This document shows, piece after piece, positions 17,995 to 28,801 of a DNA stretch of 64,000 nucleotides. A program made the translations under genes and the position numbers. The notes below the pieces were generated by a model. It had not been told where the DNA came from. It made no database searches and was given only the letters and a program-made list of their open reading frames with translations. Location: positions 7,246 to 71,245 of the forward strand of contig JBBIIP010000008.1 of the NCBI GenBank assembly GCA_037446395.1, in the 5' to 3' direction. Every line of letters starts with the position of its first letter. Position 1 is the stretch's first letter. This DNA comes from Lentimicrobiaceae bacterium. Its GTDB lineage: Bacteria > Bacteroidota > Bacteroidia > Bacteroidales > JAAYJT01.

Positions 17995-18477
17995 ATGCTT
18001 GCGTTGATCCTCGCTTCATTGGGTGGGTGCGGAGTTTATTCATTTACAGGTGCATCAATCCCGCCAGAAGCAAAAAGTATTAGCATCTCCTCTTTCCCCA
18101 ATAACGCACAATTGGTGCATCCCTCTTTGAGCCGTATATTGACAGATGCCTTGCGCGACAAATTCATGTCGCAAACAAGCCTGACAATTGTTCCGCGAAA
18201 TGGTGACCTGATTATCGAAGGCGCCATTACTGATTACAGCACGCAACCTGTGGCAATTACCGGGGAACAAACAGCGGCCCTTAACCGGCTTACGATTTCT
18301 GTTAGGGTTAAGTATACAAATCGTTTCGACGAAAAACAGAACTTTGAAAGCAGCTTCTCCCGGTACGAAGATTATGTCAGCACCCTTGCGCTTTCGGCGG
18401 TTGAAGAAAACCTGATTACTCAAATAACCGAAGCACTTGTTCAGGAAATCTTCAATCGTGCAGTTGTAAATTGGTAG
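17995..18477 (+). CDS. lptE: LptE-like lipoprotein
   Basis: Lipoprotein signal LASLGGC followed by GVYSFTGASIPPEAK, typical of Bacteroidota LptE-like proteins. Start set to ATG 17995, because the ORF-track start 17869 would overlap the activator gene by ~100 nt. Confidence 0.75.
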   Translation: MLALILASLGGCGVYSFTGASIPPEAKSISISSFPNNAQLVHPSLSRILTDALRDKFMSQTSLTIVPRNGDLIIEGAITDYSTQPVAITGEQTAALNRLTISVRVKYTNRFDEKQNFESSFSRYEDYVSTLALSAVEENLITQITEALVQEIFNRAVVNW

Positions 18478-18480
18478 CCT

Positions 18481-19116
18481 ATGAATAGGAAACACTTTTT
18501 AGCGCTGGTCGAAGATCCAACCCTACTCGATCAATATTCTGCAACTCAACTGCAGGATGTGCTGCGTGAGTATCCTTATTGCCAGCCGGCCCATTTGCTG
18601 TATATCCTTAATCTAAAGAACCTGGAGCATATTGGATTTAACGCCCAATTGCGTTTGGCTTCTGCTTATGCCGGCAATCGAATCGTTTTAAAACACCTGC
18701 TCGAAGCGCCACTGGCTCCTGAAACTACCAACAATCAGCAAGCAAATGCCGTAAAGCGACAAACAACGATAAAAGCTGAGGCGTTGAAATTGTCTGAAAA
18801 AGAACCTGATGTGCATAATAAAAAACAGTATCAAGAAATAATTGACAGATTTATCCTCACCGAGCCAGCATCAACCAAACAGAAAAAAGATTTTTTTAAT
18901 CCAACAGACTACGCTAAACAGAGCAACACCGACAATCAGTCAATTGTCAGCGAAACACTTGCAATACTTTATGCCAGGCAGGGCCATATTCAAAAAGCAA
19001 TAAATATTTATGAAAAGCTGTGTTTGGTATTTCCCGAAAAAAGTCGTTACTTTGCAGCCCAAATTGAAAAATTAAAGAATCAAGACATTCAATCACAAAC
19101 AATTAATAATAAGTAA
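18481..19116 (+). CDS. hypothetical protein with C-terminal TPR-like helix pair
   Basis: 211 aa, starting 3 nt after the lptE-like stop. C-terminal LAILYARQGHIQKAINIYEKLCLVFPEKSRYF. Confidence 0.7.
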   Translation: MNRKHFLALVEDPTLLDQYSATQLQDVLREYPYCQPAHLLYILNLKNLEHIGFNAQLRLASAYAGNRIVLKHLLEAPLAPETTNNQQANAVKRQTTIKAEALKLSEKEPDVHNKKQYQEIIDRFILTEPASTKQKKDFFNPTDYAKQSNTDNQSIVSETLAILYARQGHIQKAINIYEKLCLVFPEKSRYFAAQIEKLKNQDIQSQTINNK

Positions 19117-19119
19117 TTT

Positions 19120-19449
19120 ATGGGCGCATATATTTTAGTCTCTGTACTCATTCTTATTACCTGCATTCTGCTCGGCCTTATAGTTTTGGTTCAAAACTCA
19201 AAAGGTGGCGGATTAGCATCGAACTTCGCCTCGTCGAATCAATTCATGGGAGTGCGCAAAACAGCCGATTTTCTCGAAAAATCAACCTGGACCCTCGCAA
19301 TTGTGCTGTTGGTACTGAGTCTGTTTAGTATTTTTGTAATCCCGCGTCACAGAACTGAAAAGGTAGCCGATACAGAATTGCGCCAGCAGATCGAAGCCGG
19401 AAAAGTGCAACCTGTTCAGGATTACAAAATGCCCCCAACTGAAGAATAA
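19120..19449 (+). CDS. secG: preprotein translocase subunit SecG
   Basis: 109 aa with two TM segments and motif LVQNSKGGGLASNF. A strong terminator follows. Confidence 0.88.
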   Translation: MGAYILVSVLILITCILLGLIVLVQNSKGGGLASNFASSNQFMGVRKTADFLEKSTWTLAIVLLVLSLFSIFVIPRHRTEKVADTELRQQIEAGKVQPVQDYKMPPTEE

Positions 19450-19470
19450 TTGGATATTTCCTAAAACATT

Positions 19471-19509
19471 AAAAGTGTCAGAATGTCAGAAATTCTGACA
19501 CTTTTTTTT
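19471..19509 (+). terminator. intrinsic terminator after secG
   Basis: GTGTCAGAAT (7-nt loop) ATTCTGACAC followed by T8. The stem can extend through the flanking AAAA/TTTT. Confidence 0.88.
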
Positions 19510-19705
19510 AATCAGCCGCCGAAAAGGCCAAAAACGAATAATCTATAAGAGTTCTATTATGTTTCTAATAATCAGGCCTTAACAAATCTTTTCACGACAA
19601 TCTATGCTTTACGGCTGAAGTGCAAAAGGTTTGGCACAAAATATGACAATCACTTGTCCAGAAAAGTAAATCAATTATTTATTGTACAACCTAATAATCA
19701 AACAA

Positions 19706-19984
19706 ATGAAAAAAGTTAGTATTAAACCACTGGCCGACAGAGTTTTAGTTGAACCTGCTGCAGCCGAAGAAAAAACAGCAGCTGGTATTATTATTCCTGA
19801 TACCGCAAAAGAAAAACCCCAAAAAGGAACAGTGATTGCCGTGGGCAACGGAAAAAAAGATGAGCCGATGACAGTGAAAGAAGGCGATACGGTTCTTTAT
19901 GGCAAATACGCCGGCACAGAGATCAACGTACAAGGACACGACTATTTGATCATGCGCGAGTCCGATATTCTTGCAATTATCTAA
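19706..19984 (+). CDS. groES: co-chaperonin GroES
   Basis: [12 protein letters not shown]...[24 protein letters not shown] 19706 preferred over TTG 19682. Confidence 0.96.
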   Translation: MKKVSIKPLADRVLVEPAAAEEKTAAGIIIPDTAKEKPQKGTVIAVGNGKKDEPMTVKEGDTVLYGKYAGTEINVQGHDYLIMRESDILAII

Positions 19985-20007
19985 AATAATTCTTCAAATC
20001 AATATAA

Positions 20008-21648
<1,641 letters not shown>

Positions 21649-21671
21649 GCCATAAATAGAATTTCTGTTCG

Positions 21672-21701
21672 GCCGCTGCACTTCTGTGCAGCGGCTTTTT
21701 T
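21672..21701 (+). terminator. intrinsic terminator after groEL
   Basis: GCCGCTGCAC ttct GTGCAGCGGC followed by T6. Confidence 0.9.
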
Positions 21702-22114
21702 ATTAACTTCGCTTTTCTTTTACTAAAAACCAGCTGTGATATATAAATATTTGTAATACAGCATGTTGTACAAGACTTGGATACTTTCATTAAATCTTTT
21801 TTGCAAAAACATGAACATATATCAGTGGCTCCTGTTCTTACTCCGGTTTAATAACAACAATGAGGAATATAGAGTGCTTAGTTATCAAACAAATAAGTGT
21901 TCCCTTCAAATCGTTACACGCGGCAACATTCTTGGTAATCATCCGGCAAGCGCATGAATCAGATTGATTCAATAATTTGAAATGACTTACAAATATCAGG
22001 TTGATTTTACCAATTACATAATATCCAATTGAACGGCTTTCTTTCCTCTGGCGAAATTACCAATCCTACAGAAAGAGAAATTATAGCGACAATGCACATA
22101 AAAAGTTTGATAAA

Positions 22115-23434
22115 ATGCCAAAAATAGCTGTAATCAAAGGGTTTTCGAAACTCGACAAGTATCAGAAAATGTTGAAGCTTGCAAATTTTTATTCATCTCC
22201 AGACGAAACCATCGAGCTGTTGGAATCTTTTTGGCACAATAATCCATCTATACAGAAAACATTCGAAGAATTTAGCGAAAATACCCTTACAAATTATTTC
22301 CTGCCGTTTGGTGTTGCACCCAACTTCCTGATCAATAATAAAACCTACATTGTTCCGATGGTCATCGAAGAGAGTTCGGTTGTAGCAGCCGCTGCAAATA
22401 GTGCACGTTTTTGGATAGACAGGGGTGGCTTTAGCAGCGAGGTTTTATCAGTGATTAAAGTTGGACAGGTTCATTTCATCTGGGAGGGGGATCCTGATGC
22501 TTTGAAGAATGCATTTCCTTCAATCAAGAAACGTTTGCTCGATGGCACTCGACATTTAACCGCCAATATGGAAACACGTGGAGGCGGAATCCTAGGGCTG
22601 GAATTGCATGACGAAAGAGATAAAATACCCGGATATTATCAGTTGATGGCAACCTTTGATACCCGCGATGCGATGGGCGCCAACTTCATCAACAGTTGCC
22701 TCGAAGAATTTGCCACAATTCTCAAGAACCAAATTTCTGAAAATGAGCTTCTTTCGGCATACGAATGCAAGGTCATTATGGCCATCCTCTCAAACTATAC
22801 TCCCGAATGCCTGGTCAGTACTAAGGTTGAATGTAAAATATCAGACCTGCATGGCATTGATGATTCGATGACAACCGATGAGTTTGTTTGGAAATTTGAG
22901 AAGGCAGTTCAAATAGCATCGGCAGATGTTTTCAGGGCAACAACACACAACAAAGGAATATTTAATGGCATTGATGCTGTTGTGCTTGCTTCCGGAAACG
23001 ATTTTCGGGCCACCGAAGCCTGCGGACACGCCTATGCAGCACGAAGCGGTCAATATCGCAGCCTGACTGAACTCAAACTGGATGGCGGAATTTTCTCCTA
23101 TTCACTTACACTCCCACTTGCCATTGGTACAGTAGGAGGGCTAACTAACCTGCATCCACTTGCAAAATTCTCTCTACAATTACTTGACAATCCTTCATCA
23201 AAACAATTGATGATGATTGCTTCTGCGGTAGGGCTTGCTAACAATTTCTCTGCAATTAAATCGCTGATCACCAAAGGCATTCAAACCGGACATATGAAAA
23301 TGCACTTGCTTAATATACTGAATGTCATGGGAGCCTCTGATTCAGAAAAGGCCAGAGCCGTTGATTTTTTTAAGTCTCATAAAGTTTCACACAAAGCCGT
23401 TGCCGGTTTTTTAACGCAGTACCGTAATAGTTAA
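22115..23434 (+). CDS. mvaA: HMG-CoA reductase, soluble class II type
   Basis: 439 aa with no membrane domain. Motifs EESSVVAAAAN, DAMGANFINS, GTVGG and GHMKMH. Confidence 0.93.
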   Translation: MPKIAVIKGFSKLDKYQKMLKLANFYSSPDETIELLESFWHNNPSIQKTFEEFSENTLTNYFLPFGVAPNFLINNKTYIVPMVIEESSVVAAAANSARFWIDRGGFSSEVLSVIKVGQVHFIWEGDPDALKNAFPSIKKRLLDGTRHLTANMETRGGGILGLELHDERDKIPGYYQLMATFDTRDAMGANFINSCLEEFATILKNQISENELLSAYECKVIMAILSNYTPECLVSTKVECKISDLHGIDDSMTTDEFVWKFEKAVQIASADVFRATTHNKGIFNGIDAVVLASGNDFRATEACGHAYAARSGQYRSLTELKLDGGIFSYSLTLPLAIGTVGGLTNLHPLAKFSLQLLDNPSSKQLMMIASAVGLANNFSAIKSLITKGIQTGHMKMHLLNILNVMGASDSEKARAVDFFKSHKVSHKAVAGFLTQYRNS

Positions 23435-23449
23435 TCAGAAATCGAACGC

Positions 23450-24379
23450 GTGGAATTGCAATCATTCTATAGTCGGGGAAAATTGCTCATTACCGGTGAA
23501 TACCTGGTAATGAATGGCGCTGAAGCACTTGCAGTTCCTGTTAATTTCGGCCAAACCCTGGTGGTTAAACCATTATCGAAGCAATCCTTTATGTCATGGA
23601 AAACATATGTGCTGGGGCAAATTTGGCAGGAAACCACTTTCAAAACACCTGACCTGGAAATTGATTCAACGAGTAATGATGCCGCTTCATTGTTTTTGCA
23701 GGCACTATTAAAAAATGCCAAAACCCTGAACCCATTACTTGACTTTCGCCAAAGCTATGAACTTGTAAGTGACCTTGATTTCGATATTGAATGGGGGCTG
23801 GGAAGCAGTTCATCACTCATTTCAAATGTAGCGTATTGGGCAAAGGTAGATCCGTTTCAACTACGCAGCCTTGTGGCCAAAGGTTCGGGCTATGATGTGG
23901 CCTGTGCGCGTGCTTATACGCCAATCCTTTATCGCTTAATAGATGGAGTGCCGGTAATCAGGGAGGTGGCTTATAAGCCGCCATTCAGCAAACACTTGTT
24001 TTTTGTTTATCTTGGACATAAGCAGCATACGGCGAAAGTGGTCAATACATTTCTTGCTCAAACACATAACTATAACAATGTAGTCTCACAAATCAATAGT
24101 ATCACGCATAAAACACTCGATTGCAAGGATATACTCGAGTTTGGTGAACTCATGAATGAGCATGAACAGATAATTGCCGGAATTTTGAATCAAGTGCCAA
24201 TTAAAAAACGATTCTTTGAGGGTTTCAAAGGCGAAATAAAATCACTTGGAGCCTGGGGCGGTGATTTTGTGATGGTCTTATGGCCTGAAGAAAGAAATAT
24301 GCTTGAAAATTATATGAAAGAGCGCGGCTTTTCGGTGATTTTGAGTTACGATGAAATGGTATATCAACAGTATTTATAA
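23450..24379 (+). CDS. GYDIA-type GHMP kinase (inferred phosphomevalonate kinase analogue)
   Basis: 309 aa with a GHMP-kinase fold (LLITGEYLVMNGAEALAVPV, GLGSSSSL) and signature GSGYDVA. GTG start 15 nt after the HMGR stop. Confidence 0.8.
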   Translation: MELQSFYSRGKLLITGEYLVMNGAEALAVPVNFGQTLVVKPLSKQSFMSWKTYVLGQIWQETTFKTPDLEIDSTSNDAASLFLQALLKNAKTLNPLLDFRQSYELVSDLDFDIEWGLGSSSSLISNVAYWAKVDPFQLRSLVAKGSGYDVACARAYTPILYRLIDGVPVIREVAYKPPFSKHLFFVYLGHKQHTAKVVNTFLAQTHNYNNVVSQINSITHKTLDCKDILEFGELMNEHEQIIAGILNQVPIKKRFFEGFKGEIKSLGAWGGDFVMVLWPEERNMLENYMKERGFSVILSYDEMVYQQYL

Positions 24380-24388
24380 ATAAATGAT

Positions 24389-25462
24389 ATGAAAGGAAAC
24401 GAAGCCTTTACTGAAGACCCGATTGAGGTTGCTTGGCGGAGTCCTTCGAATATTGCCCTGATCAAATACTGGGGCAAGCATAATGGCCAGTTGCCCATAA
24501 ACCCATCGCTGAGCATGACCTTATCAAATTCGTTTTCTGAAACCAGCATAAAATATAGACCTGGCAGGTATTTCGGCGGTGATTTTCATTTAGTGTTTCT
24601 CTTCGAAGGTGAGCCAAACATTGCATTTGAAGCCCGGATAAAAAAATATCTTCATTCTTTGCTGGAGGAGCTTGCATTTCTGAAAGACTCAGAGATAATA
24701 ATTGAGAGTCAGAATAGTTTCCCGCACTCAGCAGGAATCGCATCATCCGCATCATTTTTTAGTTCGCTCGCACTTAGTTTGGCTACCCTCGAAGGAATGT
24801 TTTCCGGAAAAGGCAGGGCAACAAAAATTCTGTTACCCAGGGCTTCACACCTTGCAAGGCTGGGATCAGGCAGTGCATGTCGTTCAGTTTATGGTGGTTT
24901 TGTGAGTTGGGGAAAGCTTCTATCTATCAAGAGGTCAAACGATTACACCGCAATGCCTTTATCCTTGAAGCACCATCCACTATTTAGCGGCTTGCGTGAC
25001 ACCATCCTGATCATTGACGAAAAACATAAATCTGTTTCGAGCAGTGCGGGCCACGAAACAATGCAGAATCATCCTTTCCGCTTTGCAAGAATCCAACAGG
25101 CCAAAAACAATATGAACCGAATGCTGCTTGCATTGGAAACCGGCGACTGGAAGCTCTTTAGCAGTGTAGCTGAAAACGAAGCCCTCACCCTACATGCCCT
25201 GATGATGAGTTCGGAAAAAGGATTTAGTCTGCTTCACCAAAATACATTGTTGGCCATTGAGAAAATTCATAAATTCCGTCAGGAAACCGGTGCCAGGATT
25301 TGCTTTACTATTGATGCAGGGCCTAACGTGCACCTGCTCTATCCTGCTGAAGACGAAAATATCATGCAGAATTTTATTTCAGAGGAACTGGTGCAACTTA
25401 CTTGTCGGGATTACAAAATTGATGACATGATGGGCCAAGGCCCAATACAAATATTTAACTGA
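24389..25462 (+). CDS. mvaD: diphosphomevalonate decarboxylase family enzyme
   Basis: 357 aa. SPSNIALIKYWGK and GIASSAS motifs of mevalonate (di)phosphate decarboxylases. Confidence 0.92.
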   Translation: MKGNEAFTEDPIEVAWRSPSNIALIKYWGKHNGQLPINPSLSMTLSNSFSETSIKYRPGRYFGGDFHLVFLFEGEPNIAFEARIKKYLHSLLEELAFLKDSEIIIESQNSFPHSAGIASSASFFSSLALSLATLEGMFSGKGRATKILLPRASHLARLGSGSACRSVYGGFVSWGKLLSIKRSNDYTAMPLSLKHHPLFSGLRDTILIIDEKHKSVSSSAGHETMQNHPFRFARIQQAKNNMNRMLLALETGDWKLFSSVAENEALTLHALMMSSEKGFSLLHQNTLLAIEKIHKFRQETGARICFTIDAGPNVHLLYPAEDENIMQNFISEELVQLTCRDYKIDDMMGQGPIQIFN

Positions 25463-25467
25463 TTTTG

Positions 25468-26433
25468 ATGTTAGAGAATCCGGATAGTTTTTATTCAAAA
25501 ATACTTCTCTTCGGAGAATACAGCATTTTATTCGATTCGATGGGGCTCACTGTGCCTTTCACGCATTATAAAGCAGAGTTGAGCTTTATTGGCGATGATA
25601 AATATACGGACATTATTTACGCTCGCACCAGCAATGCAATGCTTAGACCTCTTCATCCCTATTTGAATGCACTGAAAGAAATCGGTGCGTTGAAATGCAA
25701 GTTTAATATTGAGGCCTTTGTTGAGGACCTTAGCAATGGATTGTACTTTGAATCAAGCATACCGCAAGGTTATGGACTCGGAAGTTCCGGTGCTTTGGTC
25801 GCAGCACTATATAAGAAATACTCCTCAGAGCCGATTACTGATTGTCAGACACTTACATCCGAGCAAATCAGGGAGCTAAGAATGATATTCTCGCAACTTG
25901 AATCTTTTTTTCATGCAACAAGTTCCGGAATTGATCCTCTGAACTGTTATCTAAAGCATCCCCTTCTGATCAAATCGCGGGAGGAAATTGAGTTTGTTGG
26001 AATACCACGCCCGAAAGACAAAGACCGAAGTGGCATTTTTTTAATTAACACCGGGAAACCCGGCAAAACAGCACCACTGGTTGAGAAATTCCTCGAAAAA
26101 TGTAAATCTTCCAATTTTCTGCAACTGGTTCATGAACAATTGATTCCTTCGACAAATTCCTGCATTTTAAATTTCATTTCCAATAACTCCGGGGAATTTT
26201 ATGACGCGCTCAAGCAGCTATCGCAATTTCAATTCACCCATTTTAAACCCATGATACCCGCAATTGCAATGAAATTGTGGCACCAAGGACTGGAAACTGA
26301 GGACTATTTTTTGAAACTCTGCGGGTCGGGTGGCGGTGGATTCATGCTGGGGTTTACGAAAAACTATAAAAATGTTAAGAAAATGTTTCATTCCAAAGGG
26401 ATCGAGTTTATTCCCGTATATTTGAATTCTTAG
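25468..26433 (+). CDS. mvk: mevalonate kinase (GHMP kinase)
   Basis: KILLFGEYSILFDS and GYGLGSSGALVAAL. ATG 25468 lies 5 nt after the decarboxylase stop (the ORF track starts at TTG 25465). Confidence 0.85.
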   Translation: MLENPDSFYSKILLFGEYSILFDSMGLTVPFTHYKAELSFIGDDKYTDIIYARTSNAMLRPLHPYLNALKEIGALKCKFNIEAFVEDLSNGLYFESSIPQGYGLGSSGALVAALYKKYSSEPITDCQTLTSEQIRELRMIFSQLESFFHATSSGIDPLNCYLKHPLLIKSREEIEFVGIPRPKDKDRSGIFLINTGKPGKTAPLVEKFLEKCKSSNFLQLVHEQLIPSTNSCILNFISNNSGEFYDALKQLSQFQFTHFKPMIPAIAMKLWHQGLETEDYFLKLCGSGGGGFMLGFTKNYKNVKKMFHSKGIEFIPVYLNS

Positions 26434-26656
26434 AAATCCTTTTAGTTTTCAACAATTTTGACTTAGTCTTCAAATTTTTCGCCTATAGCCTGATTATCAT
26501 TACTTTGCCATTCATTTCGGATACTATCCTTCTTACATTTTTTAAGTATATATGATTCTCTAATGCAGAACAAACATTCATTGTCGGACCACGTTCAAAT
26601 TGCCCCTCCAATCCGTTGCTTTTATTAATTTTACCGTGTCATATGAAAATATCGTC

Positions 26657-28297
26657 ATGCAAAATTCCTATTTCAAAGTTACCGGAAATATCGTGGATGT
26701 AGTATCACGTAGGATATTTCCCGGCACCATCGCTATCAAAAACGGGAAAATAGCAGAGATTACCAAGGATACTAAGGTGTATTCGAATTATATTTTGCCA
26801 GGCTTGATTGATGCCCATGTGCATATAGAAAGCAGTATGCTTGTTCCCTCGGAATTTGCACGCATCGCTGTAGTGCATGGAACTACTGCCGTTGTGAGCG
26901 ACCCACACGAGATTGCAAATGTTGCTGGAATGGAAGGAGTAAGGTTCATGATTGAAAATGGGAAAAAGGTTCCGTTCAGATTTTATTTTGGGGCTCCATC
27001 CTGCGTGCCGGCCACACCTTTCGAAACATCGGGCAATATATTGGGAGCAAAAGAAGTTGAGGAAATGTTAAGCTGGGAAGAAGTGCGCTATCTATCAGAA
27101 ATGATGAACTACCCGGCTGTAATAAATGAGGATGCCGAGGTAAAAAAGAAATTGCAGGCCGCCATCATCAAAAACAGGCCTATAGATGGCCACGCCCCCG
27201 GCTTGCGTGGTAAAGATGCTAAAAAGTACGTTGCCGCCGGCATTTCAACCGACCACGAATGTTACACTCTTGATGAAGCCAGAGAAAAAGCAAGCCTCGG
27301 CATGAAAGTGCTGATAAGAGAAGGAAGCGCAGCACGCAATTTCGATGAGCTCCTTCCACTGCTCAATGAGCATCCCCACATGGTGATGTTCTGCTCTGAC
27401 GATAAGCACCCGGATGATTTGATAGAAGGACATATTAATAAATTGATCAAAACAGCTATTGAAAGGGGTTATGATGTTTTGGATGTCGTTAGTGCATGCA
27501 CCCTGAATCCAACATTACATTATGGGTTGGATGCAGGTTTGTTGCAGGAAGGGGACAATGCTGATTTTATCATTGTAAATTCATTGGAAAGTATGGCTGT
27601 GCTGGAGTCATACGTTGGCGGCATGAGGGTAGCCCAAAATGGGAAAACCCTTATTGCCACAGTTGAAATTGTACCTGTCAACAGGTTTTATGCGCATTCT
27701 TTCGAACCATACGAACTTGAAATTAATGCAGAAGGAGAACACCTGAATGTTATTGAAGCCATTGATGGTCAAATTGTTACAAAAAAACTTCGAATTCCGG
27801 CCAGGATAGAAAGCAACAAGGCAGTAAGTGATGTTGATAATGATTTGTTGAAAATAATTGTTATAAACAGATATAACAAATCAAATCCGGCGATCGGGTT
27901 TATTAAGGGTTTTGGGCTAAAAAAAGGTGCAATCGCCAGCACTGTGGCACACGACAGCCATAATATCATTGCCCTTGGAGTGGATGATGCTTCGCTGGCC
28001 CATGCAATCAACACCCTGATTGAACACAAAGGAGGCATTGCTTTATCTGATGGCCAAAGTGCACATGTTTTGCCATTGCCTGTGGGTGGGCTCATGGCGT
28101 TGGATGATGCATACACTGTCGCCGACGGTTATCGCGCACTCGACACAATGGCCAAAAACTTTGGATGCTCACTTTCAGCACCTTATATGACATTATCGTT
28201 TATGGCCCTTCTTGTAATACCCGAAATAAAACTCAGTGATAAAGGCCTTTTTGATGGTGCAAAATTTGAATTCATCCCTTTATTCTCTGAGCACTAA
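26657..28297 (+). CDS. ade: adenine deaminase
   Basis: Motifs PGLIDAHVHIESS, SDPHEIANV, IDGHAPG, STDHEC and HDSHNIIALG. ATG 26657 preferred over TTG 26600. Confidence 0.93.
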   Translation: MQNSYFKVTGNIVDVVSRRIFPGTIAIKNGKIAEITKDTKVYSNYILPGLIDAHVHIESSMLVPSEFARIAVVHGTTAVVSDPHEIANVAGMEGVRFMIENGKKVPFRFYFGAPSCVPATPFETSGNILGAKEVEEMLSWEEVRYLSEMMNYPAVINEDAEVKKKLQAAIIKNRPIDGHAPGLRGKDAKKYVAAGISTDHECYTLDEAREKASLGMKVLIREGSAARNFDELLPLLNEHPHMVMFCSDDKHPDDLIEGHINKLIKTAIERGYDVLDVVSACTLNPTLHYGLDAGLLQEGDNADFIIVNSLESMAVLESYVGGMRVAQNGKTLIATVEIVPVNRFYAHSFEPYELEINAEGEHLNVIEAIDGQIVTKKLRIPARIESNKAVSDVDNDLLKIIVINRYNKSNPAIGFIKGFGLKKGAIASTVAHDSHNIIALGVDDASLAHAINTLIEHKGGIALSDGQSAHVLPLPVGGLMALDDAYTVADGYRALDTMAKNFGCSLSAPYMTLSFMALLVIPEIKLSDKGLFDGAKFEFIPLFSEH

Positions 28298-28338
28298 AAA
28301 ATTATTTATATATCTAAGTGTAATTCATATTTAATTTA

Positions 28339-28346
28339 TACATTTG
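28339..28346 (+). promoter_or_regulatory. -7 box upstream of the ArsR-family gene
   Basis: TACATTTG ~29 nt upstream of the GTG. Confidence 0.45.
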
Positions 28347-28374
28347 CAAATAGAATCACCCTAATATTATTATT

Positions 28375-28665
28375 GTGGAACTAGATATTATTAAACTCGA
28401 ATCGGCTGCCAGTAAGCTTCGCGCCATGGCACACCCAATGCGAATTGCGATTATTGATCTCTTGAAAGACGAGAAGAAGCTCAGTGTAACTCAAATCTAC
28501 GAAAGGTTGGGACTCGAACAGGCCTCAGCTTCGCATCATCTTAATATTCTGAAGAGCAAAGGCGTTGTTATTTCAAAGCGGGATGGCAAAAAGATTTTCT
28601 ATTCTCTCAAGAGCAAAGCCCTGACCGATGTGATCTATTGCATTAACAAATGCAATATGGAATAA
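28375..28665 (+). CDS. ArsR/SmtB family transcriptional regulator
   Basis: 96-aa winged helix (MAHPMRIAIIDLL, LSVTQIYERLGLEQASASHHLNILKSKGVV). GTG start. TACATTTG -7 box ~29 nt upstream. Confidence 0.88.
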   Translation: MELDIIKLESAASKLRAMAHPMRIAIIDLLKDEKKLSVTQIYERLGLEQASASHHLNILKSKGVVISKRDGKKIFYSLKSKALTDVIYCINKCNME

Positions 28666-28801
28666 TCTCAAGCTCTGAAGTCCTCAGAGTACTCATCCCT
28701 TGCGACATTGGTTATCTTGCGAGCGAATCTACTTCAACATTTATTGGGGCAGGTGATCGTTATTGCTTGACCCGTACAATTTCCTAACCTACAATATTTG
28801 A

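Noticed and set aside
19450-19705. CIRCE/HrcA operator or consensus sigma-54 promoter upstream of groES
   Set aside because: No TTAGCACTC-N9-GAGTGCTAA-like inverted repeat is present. TGGCAC is present, but the -12 element is ATGAC rather than TTGC, so it is reported only as a weak observation and not as a feature.
26434-26656. Possible purine riboswitch upstream of adenine deaminase
   Set aside because: I could not find the conserved three-way-junction core (the U-rich and CCG/UAAA-type loop pairing elements) or a terminator/anti-terminator pair. Only a near-consensus promoter-like TTACTTTGCC is present.
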